NCBI GenBank assembly: GCA_965248265.1
Contig: CBDFJF010000001.1
Location: forward strand, 152,822 to 216,821
Direction of reading: 5' to 3'
Length of the DNA stretch: 64,000 bases
Source of the DNA: Candidatus Latescibacterota bacterium
GTDB lineage: Bacteria > Latescibacterota > UBA2968 > UBA8231
Position numbers and translations under genes: made by a program
In this document: positions 10,560 to 22,656 of the stretch, piece by piece
How the letters are laid out: every line of letters starts with the position of its first letter
Position numbering within the stretch: position 1 is the first letter of the stretch
The notes under the pieces: model-generated
The model's input: the letters and a program-made list of their open reading frames with translations, nothing else
Database searches by the model: none
What the model was told of the DNA's origin: nothing

Positions 10560-10836
10560 GAGTGTGGCCCGGAACTTGATCTCGATCTGGACGTACCGGC
10601 TCCTTGGGAGAGAAAGAAAGGATGTCCCGTCCTTCCAGACCTCGGGGAAAAAAGTCGAATTGCGGAGGCTGGTCTGAAAGACAATGGCGAGTCGAAGTAC
10701 AGTGGTGCCTGGTCAATTTCTCCCGGACCGGACAACTGGCCGGAAGTCGACTTCGTGATGGCGGAGTTGGAGGACGTTGACTTTATGACCGCGATCGAGG
10801 ACAAGACCTGGGGTACTATCAAGGCCGGCCTATAAA
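10560..10836 (+). pseudogene. 3' fragment of a paralog of gene 3954-4892
   Basis: Plus-frame 'ESKYSGAWSISPGPDNWPEVDFVMAELEDVDFMTAIEDKTWGTIKAGL*' versus 'ESLYSGIWSISPGPDNPPKTDFALAPLEPDIFTVIQDKTWGTIKAGI*'. Confidence 0.5.
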
Positions 10837-10958
10837 TCAATAAGATCGTCGGACTCTGGAAAAACGCGGGTCTCTTCGATCCTGCTGTTTTCCGCTGACG
10901 TTCCTCAACCGACCTCTGTTTCGTTCCCGAAGGCGGGAGTGAGACAGGGGTCTCTCTA
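10698..10958. repeat. Inverted-repeat copy B
   Basis: See 3831-4093. It includes the same terminator hairpin at 10913-10950. Confidence 0.6.
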
Positions 10959-10999
10959 TTTCACTGGACACCTGCCGATCGGTGACCTGACATTGTGGC

Positions 11000-12052
11000 T
11001 TATCCACTCTGCTGCTCGGGGAAAGGGGCCCGCAGATCGTAGCGTCCTTCCTTCAGGACCGGTAAGGTGTCGTCTGCGACCATCATGTCCAAGGGGCACT
11101 CGCGCGTCGTCAACGGCATGGTCACGACGCCCTTGATGCGCAGGGACTCGAAGATCGCCATCATGATCTCAAGCGTGTAACGCGCCTGCCCGGCGTTGCT
11201 GCGGTGGCTTTCTACCCGGCCTTCGATCCAGTCGATTAACTCTTGATACTGATCGGTGGAAACGGGCGGGGGTTCGATCTCTCGCCAATCACCCTTGGCA
11301 TCGCGATGCAGCATCAGTTTGCCCTCCTCTCCCCGGGCGATCTTGCCTTCCGTGCCGGTAATCTCGGGCATCGAGATCACCGGGCCCGGCAGATCGCCTT
11401 CATAGATCCCACGAGCCCCACCTTCGAAACAGACCAATCCCATGCATAGATCCTCGCACCTGCTGCGTCGCTCCCAGCGATCGGTGGTGCGGCTGACTTG
11501 GCCGATGACCCAGAGTGTTTCGGGGTCCGAGAGGTAATAGCGCCATGAGTCGATGGCGTGAGTGGCGGTGTTGAGCAGCCCGGCGTCGGGTTTGGCGATG
11601 TAGTGGACGATCCGCGGTTCGCCGATGGCGCCGGCTGCAACCAGGCGGCGAATCTCATTCAGGTCCGGGTCGAAGCGCCTATTGTGGCCGATGGCGAGCT
11701 TGACGTCGTGCTCGTCGCAGGCGGCGATCATGTCGTCGGCGTTGCCGAGATTGTCGGCGATGGGTTTTTCGCCGAGGATTGCCTTTACCCCGGCTTCAGC
11801 GGCGGCGACGGTGGCCGCCGCGCGCGCGCCCTGCCAGGTAGGGATGCTGACGATGTCGAGATTCTCATTTTCCAGCATTTCGTCGTAGTCGGTGTAGGCC
11901 GCCGGCACCGAATACTCTGCGGCCAAGCGTTGGGCTGACTCCTGCGAGATGTCCGTGGCCGCCATGACCTCGGCATCGTCGCGTTGGCTCCAGCTTCTGG
12001 CGTGCGAACGGCCCATGGCGCCGCAGCCGATGATTCCCACTCGATAAGTCAT
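11000..12052 (-). CDS. Gfo/Idh/MocA family oxidoreductase
   Basis: 'YRVGIIGCGAMGRSHARSW' Rossmann N-terminus plus '...KAILGEKPIA' and 'GHNRRFD' motifs. Start chosen at MTYRVGII. Confidence 0.75.
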   Translation of the reverse strand: MTYRVGIIGCGAMGRSHARSWSQRDDAEVMAATDISQESAQRLAAEYSVPAAYTDYDEMLENENLDIVSIPTWQGARAAATVAAAEAGVKAILGEKPIADNLGNADDMIAACDEHDVKLAIGHNRRFDPDLNEIRRLVAAGAIGEPRIVHYIAKPDAGLLNTATHAIDSWRYYLSDPETLWVIGQVSRTTDRWERRSRCEDLCMGLVCFEGGARGIYEGDLPGPVISMPEITGTEGKIARGEEGKLMLHRDAKGDWREIEPPPVSTDQYQELIDWIEGRVESHRSNAGQARYTLEIMMAIFESLRIKGVVTMPLTTRECPLDMMVADDTLPVLKEGRYDLRAPFPEQQSG

Positions 12053-12188
12053 TGGCTTGTGTTCCCCCCGTGGATGGTGAGCGCCATCAACATCAACGCC
12101 AAGATAGCGCATCGACGGTAGCATTAGTAGGTGTCAGCCTGAACACATTGACGGGTAAACGCGAAGGCGTTTATGTTCCCGAATCACC

Positions 12189-13265
12189 ATGGGCACCCCA
12201 TCTGAGCGATCGGCTTCCTATCCGCTGCGCGCGGTTCCCGGGTACTACGGCACCCATTCCGGCATTCAGATCGGCACCTACGTCCCGGCGCTGGCCGGCG
12301 ACGACGAGCTGCGATTCCTTCAGCAGCTCGGCGTCGAGTGGGCGATGCTCGCCGTGCCCGACCAATCGCTTCACAGCGTGGCGAACTACAAGGCCTGGAT
12401 TGACCGGTTTGCGCGCTTCGACATCCAGATCTACCGCATCGCGAACCAGAGCGTGCACAACATGGAGGCGGTCACTCTCGGGCTCGATGCCCGGGACCGC
12501 AAGATCGACGAGTTCATCGCCTTCATCCGCGACCTCAGCGCTGCGGGCATCCACTACAACACCTACGCGCACATGGCGAGCGGCACCTGGACTTCCGGCC
12601 TGACCACCGGGCGTGGCGGCATCGAGGCGCGCACGCTGGACCTGCGCGACGCATGGGGGCGCTGGGACGGCAAGCGATTCGATGGCGAACTGCCTCACGG
12701 GCGCCGCTATACTGAGGACGAACTGTGGGACAACTACGCCCACTTCATCGCCAGGGTGGCGCCGGTGGCTGAGGACGCGGGGGTGTACATCGGTATCCAC
12801 CCGGATGATCCGCCGGTGTACCCGCTCGGCGGGGTACCCCGGTGCATCTTTGGCACGTTTTCCGGCTACCAGCGGGCGCTGGAAATCGCCGCCAGCGACC
12901 ACATCGGCGTGTGTCTTTGCGTCGGCTGCTGGCTGGAGGGAGGTGCCGCTGGTATGGGTGCCGACGTGGTCGAGGCCATTCACACGTTCGGCAAGCAGGG
13001 CAAGCTGTTCAAAGTGCACTTTCGCAATGTGACCAACCCGCTGCCGGAGCCGTGGCGAGAGACACTGATGGACGAGGGCTACATGGACATGTCGCTGGTG
13101 ATGGAGGCGCTGGGCGAGGTCGGATTCGACGGCTGCGCCATCCCGGACCACATCCCGAGTATGACCGGCGCGGGCGGCGACCAGGCAGGCCTTGGTTATT
13201 CCATCGGCTACATGCGGGCTCTGACACAGGCGGTCAACACGCTGGCGCCACGCGCGCCGCCGTGA
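12189..13265 (+). CDS. uxuA: Mannonate dehydratase-like xylose-isomerase-type TIM-barrel enzyme
   Basis: 'GIHPDDPP...GVPR', 'KVHFRNV', '...MDMSLVMEALGEVGFDGCAIPDH' parallel E. coli UxuA 'AVHPDDPP..GLPR', 'YFTHLRS', 'VDMYEVVKAI...MRPDH'. Recalled from memory, not verified. Confidence 0.55.
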   Translation: MGTPSERSASYPLRAVPGYYGTHSGIQIGTYVPALAGDDELRFLQQLGVEWAMLAVPDQSLHSVANYKAWIDRFARFDIQIYRIANQSVHNMEAVTLGLDARDRKIDEFIAFIRDLSAAGIHYNTYAHMASGTWTSGLTTGRGGIEARTLDLRDAWGRWDGKRFDGELPHGRRYTEDELWDNYAHFIARVAPVAEDAGVYIGIHPDDPPVYPLGGVPRCIFGTFSGYQRALEIAASDHIGVCLCVGCWLEGGAAGMGADVVEAIHTFGKQGKLFKVHFRNVTNPLPEPWRETLMDEGYMDMSLVMEALGEVGFDGCAIPDHIPSMTGAGGDQAGLGYSIGYMRALTQAVNTLAPRAPP

Positions 13266-13311
13266 TCGACCTGCGCCCCAAGCGCCGCCCGGCACTCCAA
13301 GAGCCAATACG

Positions 13312-14208
13312 ATGCGTGTAGCGGTAACCGGTGCTCTGGGACGCGCCGGCCGCTGGATCGTCCCGGAACTGGTCGCGGCGGATCACGAGGTGATCGGGGT
13401 GGACCTCCCTCCCCGGGCGGAGCTATCCGGTGCCCGCTACCGGCAGGCCGACGTCAACGAGTACGCCGAGACTCTGTTCGCCTTCGAGGGTGTCGACGCG
13501 GTGGTGCACCTGGCACGCGCCAGCCCGCATGCCAGCCCCAACGCGGTATTTCGCATCAATACGATGACCACCTGGAACGTGCTGCAGGCGGCCGAGGAGC
13601 TCGGCCTCGGCAAGCTCGTGCTGGCCTCATCGGTCAATGCCATCGGCGCGGCATTCAACCTGATGCGAACGCCGCCGGAATACTTCCCGATCGACGAACA
13701 GCATTCGACCCGCGCCCAAGACCCTTACAGCATCAGCAAATGGGCCGGTGAGCAGATCGCCGACGGATTCGCACGACGGCTCGCGGCGCAGGGTCGCACC
13801 ATACAGATCGCCAGCTTCCGCCTGCACGCGCTGCTCGACGACGAGCGCGTCGCACGCGCCGGTGCCGAGCGCGGCGACCCCGAACAGCACGCTGCAGATT
13901 TCTGGAGCTATACCAGCCTTCGCGAATGCGCTCGGGCCTGCCAGCAGGCCCTGAAGTCGTCGTGGCGGGGGCACGAGGTGTTCATGGTAAACGCCGCCGA
14001 CACGACGCTGAGCATTCCGACTGAGCAGGCCATCGCGCAATGCTACCCGGGCGTGCCGATGCGCCGGCCGCTGCCTGGCTTCGCCTCGGCATTGGACACC
14101 CGCAAGGCCCTTCACTTCTTCTCAGATCAGGGTCCCCACGTTCAAACTTTCGCAAAAGGAGGTGCCGGGGTCTGGCACCTCCCCCGAGCGGTTGCACTCA
14201 GAAGTTGA
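13312..14208 (+). CDS. NAD-dependent epimerase/dehydratase family protein
   Basis: 'MRVAVTGALGRAGRWIV' Rossmann. Template of the pseudogene at 3241-3590. Confidence 0.65.
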   Translation: MRVAVTGALGRAGRWIVPELVAADHEVIGVDLPPRAELSGARYRQADVNEYAETLFAFEGVDAVVHLARASPHASPNAVFRINTMTTWNVLQAAEELGLGKLVLASSVNAIGAAFNLMRTPPEYFPIDEQHSTRAQDPYSISKWAGEQIADGFARRLAAQGRTIQIASFRLHALLDDERVARAGAERGDPEQHAADFWSYTSLRECARACQQALKSSWRGHEVFMVNAADTTLSIPTEQAIAQCYPGVPMRRPLPGFASALDTRKALHFFSDQGPHVQTFAKGGAGVWHLPRAVALRS

Positions 14209-15088
14209 ACACGAAGTCGATGTACGGAACTCCAGGAAAAAAGGCATCTTCACCCATCGGAGTGAAGAAGGCCAGGTCGACGCTCAGAGCTTGTCCGAAA
14301 AAGCGGATCCCATAGGAAATCACGGGCTGATCCACTTTGGCGAACATCCAGTTCTCCGTGACAAACGCCATACGTCTCGATATTCGCTTCTCCCCTCCAA
14401 GCATCAGCATCGGGTTTTCGGCCAGATCTCCATCGACAGATCCATAACCTAAGCCAGCAGTGATGCTGTTGTCCGCTGTCCCGTAGGTGGCTACCCCATA
14501 GAGAATGCGGACCAGCGATGACTCATGAGGCACTTTCACGAAGAGAGCTCCTGCCGCAACATTCAGATTCTTTGCCACCGTTGACCCGACTTTTGGTGAG
14601 AAATACAACATCTGGTCCATATAAGGAAACAGAGATATTCCACCTCCGATCGTGATGTGATCGGTCACTCCATATGCAACGCCTGGAAAGAAGAGATAGT
14701 AGTCCGAAAAATAGCCCTGGCCGCGCTTCAGCATGCGCCCGGTGGGAGCAAAGTAGAGTCTTGTAGCGTTGGGGTTTGCGAACCAGTATCGCCCGTTTCG
14801 TAATGAAGATTGCGACACCTCACTCAGCTCATCTATTTCCGCGATAGGGATCGCTACCGTTCCAAAGGCTGTTTCGAACTGGACATTATCCTCACCGATT
14901 CCCACGATGCGGCCAATATTCGTCGATCCGTCTTTCGCGGTTAGCATTTGAACACGGGTCGAATCGGAGATGCTCAGGCCTTGGATGACCGCCGTCTGTT
15001 CTTTGGCATGTGCTTCCTCTTTGGGGAGTGCAGCCAGGGCGATCCAAACACCCAGAAGGGTACCTGTGGTAGATGTCATTTTGTTCAT
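14198..15088 (-). CDS. Outer-membrane beta-barrel protein (porin-like)
   Basis: Signal peptide, alternating amphipathic strands, C-terminal '...IDFVFNF' ending in Phe. GC about 50%. Confidence 0.4.
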   Translation of the reverse strand: MNKMTSTTGTLLGVWIALAALPKEEAHAKEQTAVIQGLSISDSTRVQMLTAKDGSTNIGRIVGIGEDNVQFETAFGTVAIPIAEIDELSEVSQSSLRNGRYWFANPNATRLYFAPTGRMLKRGQGYFSDYYLFFPGVAYGVTDHITIGGGISLFPYMDQMLYFSPKVGSTVAKNLNVAAGALFVKVPHESSLVRILYGVATYGTADNSITAGLGYGSVDGDLAENPMLMLGGEKRISRRMAFVTENWMFAKVDQPVISYGIRFFGQALSVDLAFFTPMGEDAFFPGVPYIDFVFNF

Positions 15089-15596
15089 GCTGGCCTCCAT
15101 CGTACCCCATGGTTTGTCCTGTGCCCAACCGACCCACTTGTCGTTGAAGCCGTCCGTAACAGGCTTCGCATCTCCCGAAAGCGGGAGACCAACCCACCAC
15201 GTAGATTACTCAAATTGGAATACAACAGGGCAATCTCCGTGCCAAAACAGATTCCCACTCATGCGCTCTCCAGGGGCAGGAAAACCACCTCTGCGAAGCG
15301 GGATGTGCCCTTGTCCGAGCCCGTAACTGCCCCAGTTTTATTGCACGTGAAAGCAAAGTCTTGCACCTTTCCCCCCTTCCGAATCCCAATGTTCATGGCA
15401 CACAGTTTGCAGTTCTCTTCGGCGTGAAAAGACGAATTGCTCCAGGCCGGGAATGGAGTGAGGACACACAAGTTGGTGGTGGTGAATAGGGGAAGCGGCA
15501 TTCGGTACTGAGAGATAAATGCAATGAGCATACATGCTATAAGCTGTCAGGCCTGTCGGGGGAAGCTGAATCGCCCCGGGTTTTTCGGAGACTCGG

Positions 15597-16828
<1,232 letters not shown>

Positions 16829-17461
16829 GACTCCAATCCTCTCAAGAAATGGAGCCTCCGGCAACCCCGGGGCGATTCAAGCTGGGAATGCTATTAGTCC
16901 TTGTGCTACTTGTGAGCATAGCGAGCCAGCCTAGGAGTCGGGGTTAGAAGTTGGATGTTGGGGCTGCAAGTACCGTTGGGTGTCCGTATGTAGCAAAGGG
17001 GTGTTACCCAACCTGGCAGGCACTGGAAGAAAGACCGACCGCCAAGAGCCCGCTCTTCAGTTTTCTCTGTATGTAGACAATTCTCGCACCATACGCGGTG
17101 AATTTGCGGGCGCTTCATCAGAGGGTAGAGTGTTCGTTGACGCAGACTGGTGATCCAAAGTCAGATGACGTGATCAAGAGCGAAGTAAAGTTGTTTGAAC
17201 GCAAGGAGGAGTTCGTGCCTTACTTTCCTGAGGCGGAGTACGTATTCACAATGAAGAGAACGGCGGATAGAATCGTCCTCCTGGAAGGACACCCTGACAT
17301 CTGTGATCGAGGGAGAGTCCCTGTGCAATGAGCCGGTTGTTCAACATGCTTGTGCATTGAAAGAGGCCGGGGACTCGGTGGCTGTTCTTTCCGATGGCCA
17401 GACATTTACAGGATCGTTCTGGAAAAATTAGCTGGGCGGGACTGTTCTGTTGACGCTTGAG

Positions 17462-17593
17462 ATGTTCCTCAAGACTCTATTTACCTTTCTCGTCGGCGCC
17501 GTTATGTGGACGGTGGCCATGGCCATCGTCGGCGCCATTACAGGAATTGGCATGGTCTGGCTGTTGCGACAACCAGCTCTCGATCATCGATGA
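17462..17593 (+). CDS. Possible 43-aa single-TM micropeptide
   Basis: 'MFLKTLFTFLVGAVMWTVAMAIVGAITGIGMVWLLRQPALDHR'. Below the ORF-track cutoff, so speculative. Confidence 0.15.
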   Translation: MFLKTLFTFLVGAVMWTVAMAIVGAITGIGMVWLLRQPALDHR

Positions 17594-17650
17594 TGCCGAC
17601 CCTCAACACTGCAGCTACACCCTGAACGAAAGAAACCTGGAGAAGCGACC

Positions 17651-18349
17651 ATGCGAGTACTGATCACGGGCGCCGGCGGCGCCATCGGATCCCACCTGGT
17701 AAAGGAGCTGGGGGAGCGCCATGAGCTGCGTGGCCTGGACTGCGTGGAAATGGAGGCACCCCAGGACGCGATCGTCGGTGACATCGGAGACCTGGATTTG
17801 TTGCTCGAGGCGACTGAGGGTATGGAGGCCGTAATCCACCTGGTCAGCGTGACCGGCGGGGACGAGTGGAGCAACGCCCTCAGGAGCAAGATCGGAATGT
17901 ACAACACCTTCGAGGCAGCCAGACGCAACGGTGTGCGCCGCATTGCCGTCGCCAGCCGGGCGGGCGTGTTGTCGAGGGCCTACTACGGCAGCACCCGCAG
18001 GACACCTGATATGCTGCCGAAACCGGGCAACCTCTACACCATCACGAAAATATTCGCCGAGAGTATCGGGTATATGTACGCGACTCGCTACGATATGGAG
18101 GTCGTGGCCCTGCGAATCGGCAACTTCCACAGAGACCGCGACCAGCCGACACACCCCCATCATCTCAGCCACGGCGATTGCGTCCGGGTCTTCGAGCAGG
18201 CCATCACGCATCCCGGCGTGCAGTACGAGGCCGTATTCGCGGTCTCGGACAGCAACTGGCCGTTATACGATCTTGAGCACGGGCGCCAGGCGATTAACTA
18301 CCATCCGCAGGATCGCTCGGAAGTTCCCGAGGAAGAGCAGGTTTGGTAA
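17651..18349 (+). CDS. NAD-dependent epimerase/dehydratase (SDR-type) protein
   Basis: 'MRVLITGAGGAIGSHLV' and 'YTITKIFAE' (YxxxK). Paralog of 2214-2927. Confidence 0.6.
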   Translation: MRVLITGAGGAIGSHLVKELGERHELRGLDCVEMEAPQDAIVGDIGDLDLLLEATEGMEAVIHLVSVTGGDEWSNALRSKIGMYNTFEAARRNGVRRIAVASRAGVLSRAYYGSTRRTPDMLPKPGNLYTITKIFAESIGYMYATRYDMEVVALRIGNFHRDRDQPTHPHHLSHGDCVRVFEQAITHPGVQYEAVFAVSDSNWPLYDLEHGRQAINYHPQDRSEVPEEEQVW

Positions 18350-18511
18350 CACGATGGGTGGGTGAAGATCGGCCGTCAGAGGAACGGCCGCTCGGAACCT
18401 TGTCAATTGTAGGGCTTGCTTGAATCCAACGCTCGGGCTGCCAATAATTGAGGGCATCCGGATGTTCTCTCAGATCCCCTTTCTTGTTTCGCCCGCTCGC
18501 CGATACAGAGC

Positions 18512-20449
18512 TTGATGACGCCATCAGCGAACGCTTGCACCCTTCGAGGCCTCATCGTCGGCACCCTCGGGTGCCTGGTAGTGGGTGGGGGTTTCCAGTA
18601 CACCGACCTGGTGCTCCACGTCACCGCGTTCGCCACCTGGTTCTACACCCTCGGCGCCAACATCATGCTTTTCATGATGGCGCTGCTGGTGAATCCGCTC
18701 CTGGGTTTGGTACGGCGCAGCTGGATGTTCACGCCGGCGGAGCTGGCGCAGATGTTCGTCATGTGGACGGTCGGCTCAGCCGTGGCCACGACTGGGTTCA
18801 TATCCTATTTCCTACCCGAAATCACGACGCTCGCGTACTACGCCGGCCCCGAGAACAACTGGGCCGAGGTCCTGCTGCCCTTCGTACCGGACTGGATCAT
18901 CCCGACCAAGGAAGGCGAGCTGTTGAAGGATTTCTACGAGGGCAGAAGCGACGGAGCCATCCCGTGGGCTCTGTGGCTGCCGGCGCTCCTTCACTGGGCG
19001 CCCTTCGTGCTGAGTCTGTACGTCGCCATGATCGCCATCGTCGTCATCCTGCGCAAGCAGTGGATCGACCACGAACGGCTCGTTTTCCCGATGATGCAGC
19101 TGCCGATGGCGATGATTGAGGATGACGACAGCGCGCGGCCGTCGTTGATCAAACCCCTGTTCCGGAACTGGCTGTTCTGGTTGGGCTTCGCCCTGCCCTT
19201 CATCATCGGCATCAACAACGGCCTGGGCCGGTACTTTCCCATCGATCCGATCCATGTCGGTGGCACCTACTTCTATTTCTTTCGCGAAGCCGTGGGGCTG
19301 CGCATGGGCATCAGTTTCATGATGGTCGGCTTTGCCTACTTCATCCGCCGCGACGTGACCCTGGGCCTGTGCTTCTTCTATCTCCTGTATGTCATCTACG
19401 AGATTATCACGACCCTGCAGGGAGGCGGTGAGCACGATCCCATGCTGAGCTCGTGGTCGCGGGGCGCCTCAACCTTCGCCTACCAGGGTCTGGGAGCCTT
19501 CGCCGCCCTGGTCGGCGTCGGCCTGTGGAACAGCCGCGCCCATCTCGCTCGCTTCGTCCGCCACGCCGTCAGTCGAGGCAAGAGCTCAAAAGAGGGTGAT
19601 GGTGTTGATGACATAACCGAGATCATGTCCTATCGCACGGCCCTGATCGCCGCCGTCGGCAGCCTGGCCTTCATCTGCTTCTGGATGTGGCGCGCCGGCC
19701 TGCCGGCCTGGATCGTCCCACTCTTCGTGCTGATCGCCTTCATCCTCTACCTGGGCATCACCCGCATCATCGCCGAGAGCGGCATTCCCTGGTTCGTGAC
19801 CCCCATCATCGCCGCCGATGCCGTCGTCGGCGGTGTCGGCACGCGCGCCCTGGAAACGGACGGCATCATTGCCCTCAGCTTCACCTACCCCTGGGCCTCC
19901 GACATGATCATCCTGGTGATGGCCTCGGTCGCCAACGGCCTCAAGGTGGTCGAGGAGACCATACGCCGGCGGCGCCGGTTGATTTTCTGGAGTATGGTGA
20001 TCGCGATCGCCGTGAGCCTGTGCTCCGCCGCCGGCCTGACCCTGGACGTAGCCTACGAGCACGGGGGCTTGAACACTTCACACTACTTCCGGGGTCAGAC
20101 CCTCTACCCGTGGGAGGATGCGGCCACCCGGTTGGAGACCATGACCGAGCCGGGATGGTCGTACTGGAGTCACGCCGGCCTCGGCGCCGTGTTCATGGGG
20201 CTGCTGATGCTGGCCCGCCACCGCTTCGTCTGGTGGCCGTTCAATCCCATCGGCTTCCCCATCAGCGTGGCCGCCGACAAGATGTTCATCAGCGTCCTGC
20301 TCGCCTGGGCGATCAAGAGCGCCGCCATCGGTTATGGCGGCCCCCGCCTCTACCGCAGGCTGCGCCCGTTTTTCCTGGGCCTCATCATGGGCGAGTGGAT
20401 GCCGCGGGGCGTGATGGCGCTGTACGAGTTCGTGCGTTTGAGCCAGTGA
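18512..20449 (+). CDS. Polytopic integral membrane protein of unknown function (at least 12 predicted TM helices)
   Basis: 645-aa ORF with many hydrophobic 20-23-aa stretches and aromatic-rich loops. No family recognised. Confidence 0.45.
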   Translation: MMTPSANACTLRGLIVGTLGCLVVGGGFQYTDLVLHVTAFATWFYTLGANIMLFMMALLVNPLLGLVRRSWMFTPAELAQMFVMWTVGSAVATTGFISYFLPEITTLAYYAGPENNWAEVLLPFVPDWIIPTKEGELLKDFYEGRSDGAIPWALWLPALLHWAPFVLSLYVAMIAIVVILRKQWIDHERLVFPMMQLPMAMIEDDDSARPSLIKPLFRNWLFWLGFALPFIIGINNGLGRYFPIDPIHVGGTYFYFFREAVGLRMGISFMMVGFAYFIRRDVTLGLCFFYLLYVIYEIITTLQGGGEHDPMLSSWSRGASTFAYQGLGAFAALVGVGLWNSRAHLARFVRHAVSRGKSSKEGDGVDDITEIMSYRTALIAAVGSLAFICFWMWRAGLPAWIVPLFVLIAFILYLGITRIIAESGIPWFVTPIIAADAVVGGVGTRALETDGIIALSFTYPWASDMIILVMASVANGLKVVEETIRRRRRLIFWSMVIAIAVSLCSAAGLTLDVAYEHGGLNTSHYFRGQTLYPWEDAATRLETMTEPGWSYWSHAGLGAVFMGLLMLARHRFVWWPFNPIGFPISVAADKMFISVLLAWAIKSAAIGYGGPRLYRRLRPFFLGLIMGEWMPRGVMALYEFVRLSQ

Positions 20450-20755
20450 TTGCCCGCCGATCCGCCTCCGGTCGGCAGACGGTCGCACTCGCGAAGCCGA
20501 CTCCATTCCCTGCCTCACTCCCATGTATACGAGGAAGAGGGTGAGATAGTCGGATGGTCGCATGTTCGACCTTCCTGGCCTGAAGGCGTATGGATCCTCG
20601 TCTGGAATTGCATCCTTAGGCTTGCCATCCAAATACGTCGTCAGAGACGCTCCCCTCGCGGCGAGTTGGATCCCATACTCCCGATGTGATTGTTTGACGG
20701 CTTTCGAAGCTACTCCCACTTTGGCGTGGCGATTCTGGACAATAGGAGCAGCCCA

Positions 20756-22390
20756 ATGGACGAGAAGAGGAGAGCCGCGCGCTGGCGCAAGCGTCGCATC
20801 ATTTACAACAATGATGGAAACGACGTGAGAGAGGCGTGGACGGGAGTAGAACATCGCCATGACGTCGAGGAGAAGCTGTTCGCGCGCAGCGGGGCTGAGC
20901 TGATCGATGACTTTCTCAATGCCCGCAGCACGGCGCTGGTTGGGACCCAAGTGGACAGTATCTGGTATTGCAGTTGCATGGCCGGCGTCACGTTCTCGCA
21001 CCACACGAAACTAGGTGGGTTCTATGGAGAAGGAGTTCCGCAAGAGCTCGTGGAAAAGTATGGACGCGACAACCTGCAGATTCAAACAGATTTCTGTCAC
21101 GAGAATGACATAGAGGTATTCTGGTCATTGCGCATGAACGACGCAGCCGATTCGTTTCCCAAGGGTTCTCGCAGATGGACATTCGCTTTGGATCACTTCA
21201 AGCGGGAACATCCCGAATATGTGATGGGCGAACCGGAGGAGTGGGTTGAGGGGCCGGCACACAATAAATACTGGTCGTATCTCGACTTCAGTTATCAACA
21301 GGTTCGGGAGCACATATTCTCGTTGATCCAGGAGGTAGCCCAGAACTACGACGTGGATGGGATAGAGATGGATTTCTTCAAGAGATTCCCCTATTTCCGC
21401 GAGACGGTAGACTGGCTTCCGGTAGAGGAGCAACACCTGGACATGATGACAGACCTGGTGCGGCGATTGAGGAAGATGGCAGACGAAACAGGACAGCAAA
21501 GAGGGCGTCCCGTGCTGCTGGCGGCACGTGCACCCTTCAATCTTTCCGATGCACGTTTCATTGGGTTGGATCTGGAAAAATGGCTGCAAGAGGATCTCAT
21601 CGACATTCTGATCCCAGGCGGTCACTACGAGTCGGAAATGACCGAGTCCTTCAAGGAGATCGTGAACCTCGGGCACAAATACGATGTACCGGTGTATCCC
21701 TGTATCGACTGGTGTTTCTGGGATCACTGGGCTTTTCTCGATCTGGGAGCGGAAGAGCACCGCAGATTTGAGTCGTGGTTGAGCACCCTGTACGGCGGAC
21801 AGCCTGACCGTGGGGGGAAGCCGTCTTATGCGGTGACGCTCAATTCGTGGGAAGGAACCATGGCGGCATGGCGTGCTGCAGCGACGAACCTGTTCAACGC
21901 CGGTGCAGACGGCATCTACACCTTCAACGCCTTTTTGGCCAAGCACGACCTGTGGCGAGAGATCGGAGATCCGGCAGCTATGGCTGGTAAGGACAAGATA
22001 TTCGGCGTGGACCGATTCGCCGGTGACTCCAGCTTCGAAGACGTGTGCGAACTGGAGCTCGAGCAAGGAGAGCCCGTCAGCGTGCACTTTCAGGTAGGTG
22101 AGGATGTGGAGTCTGGCAATGCCGCCGAGTTGCGATTTCGTCTCCACCTCTGGGAGTTCACAAGCAATGATGACATAGACGTAGAACTCAACAATGAACC
22201 TCTCGATGACCTCAAGCCAGCCGGCCGGCAGATACACTCGGCGGGGCAGTGGCTGGAATGCCAGCTGAGACCCTCTCAGGTCAACAGGGGCAAGAACAGG
22301 GTTGAGATAGTTACGAGGAAACGGGATGAATCCATGCAGACTCCCCTCGTCCTGGACGCGGTGCAGCTACATGTTCACCACAAGGGATAG
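20756..22390 (+). CDS. TIM-barrel glycoside-hydrolase-like protein (GHL/DUF187-like), paralog of 34991-36622
   Basis: N-terminus 'RWRKRRIIYNNDGND' and 'VAQNYDVDGIEMDFFKRFPYF' conserved with 34991-36622 ('RWRQRRIIYNNDGDD', 'VAQNYDVDCIGMEFFKYWPFF'). Start chosen by paralog alignment. Confidence 0.4.
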   Translation: MDEKRRAARWRKRRIIYNNDGNDVREAWTGVEHRHDVEEKLFARSGAELIDDFLNARSTALVGTQVDSIWYCSCMAGVTFSHHTKLGGFYGEGVPQELVEKYGRDNLQIQTDFCHENDIEVFWSLRMNDAADSFPKGSRRWTFALDHFKREHPEYVMGEPEEWVEGPAHNKYWSYLDFSYQQVREHIFSLIQEVAQNYDVDGIEMDFFKRFPYFRETVDWLPVEEQHLDMMTDLVRRLRKMADETGQQRGRPVLLAARAPFNLSDARFIGLDLEKWLQEDLIDILIPGGHYESEMTESFKEIVNLGHKYDVPVYPCIDWCFWDHWAFLDLGAEEHRRFESWLSTLYGGQPDRGGKPSYAVTLNSWEGTMAAWRAAATNLFNAGADGIYTFNAFLAKHDLWREIGDPAAMAGKDKIFGVDRFAGDSSFEDVCELELEQGEPVSVHFQVGEDVESGNAAELRFRLHLWEFTSNDDIDVELNNEPLDDLKPAGRQIHSAGQWLECQLRPSQVNRGKNRVEIVTRKRDESMQTPLVLDAVQLHVHHKG

Positions 22391-22656
22391 ACGAGAGGCC
22401 TGGGGCTTCGCATACTGGGTGACCGTCAGATAATGAGTGCGATGGCGGTACCGGCTGTCCAGACGACTCCCGATTCAGAAGCCAGACCTCGGGCTCGGTG
22501 AGGGCAGCCACGATTTCATGAGCCAGCCACAACTGGGGCATTGGGTGACGTCGATGTCGAACACGCGTGCGAGCAGCTTAGCCCAGGGTAGACGGTGGGC
22601 ACACGGCTGGTTGGTCGAGCTATCGCCGGCACGCCCTTGGCTGGCCCTTATTTGAC

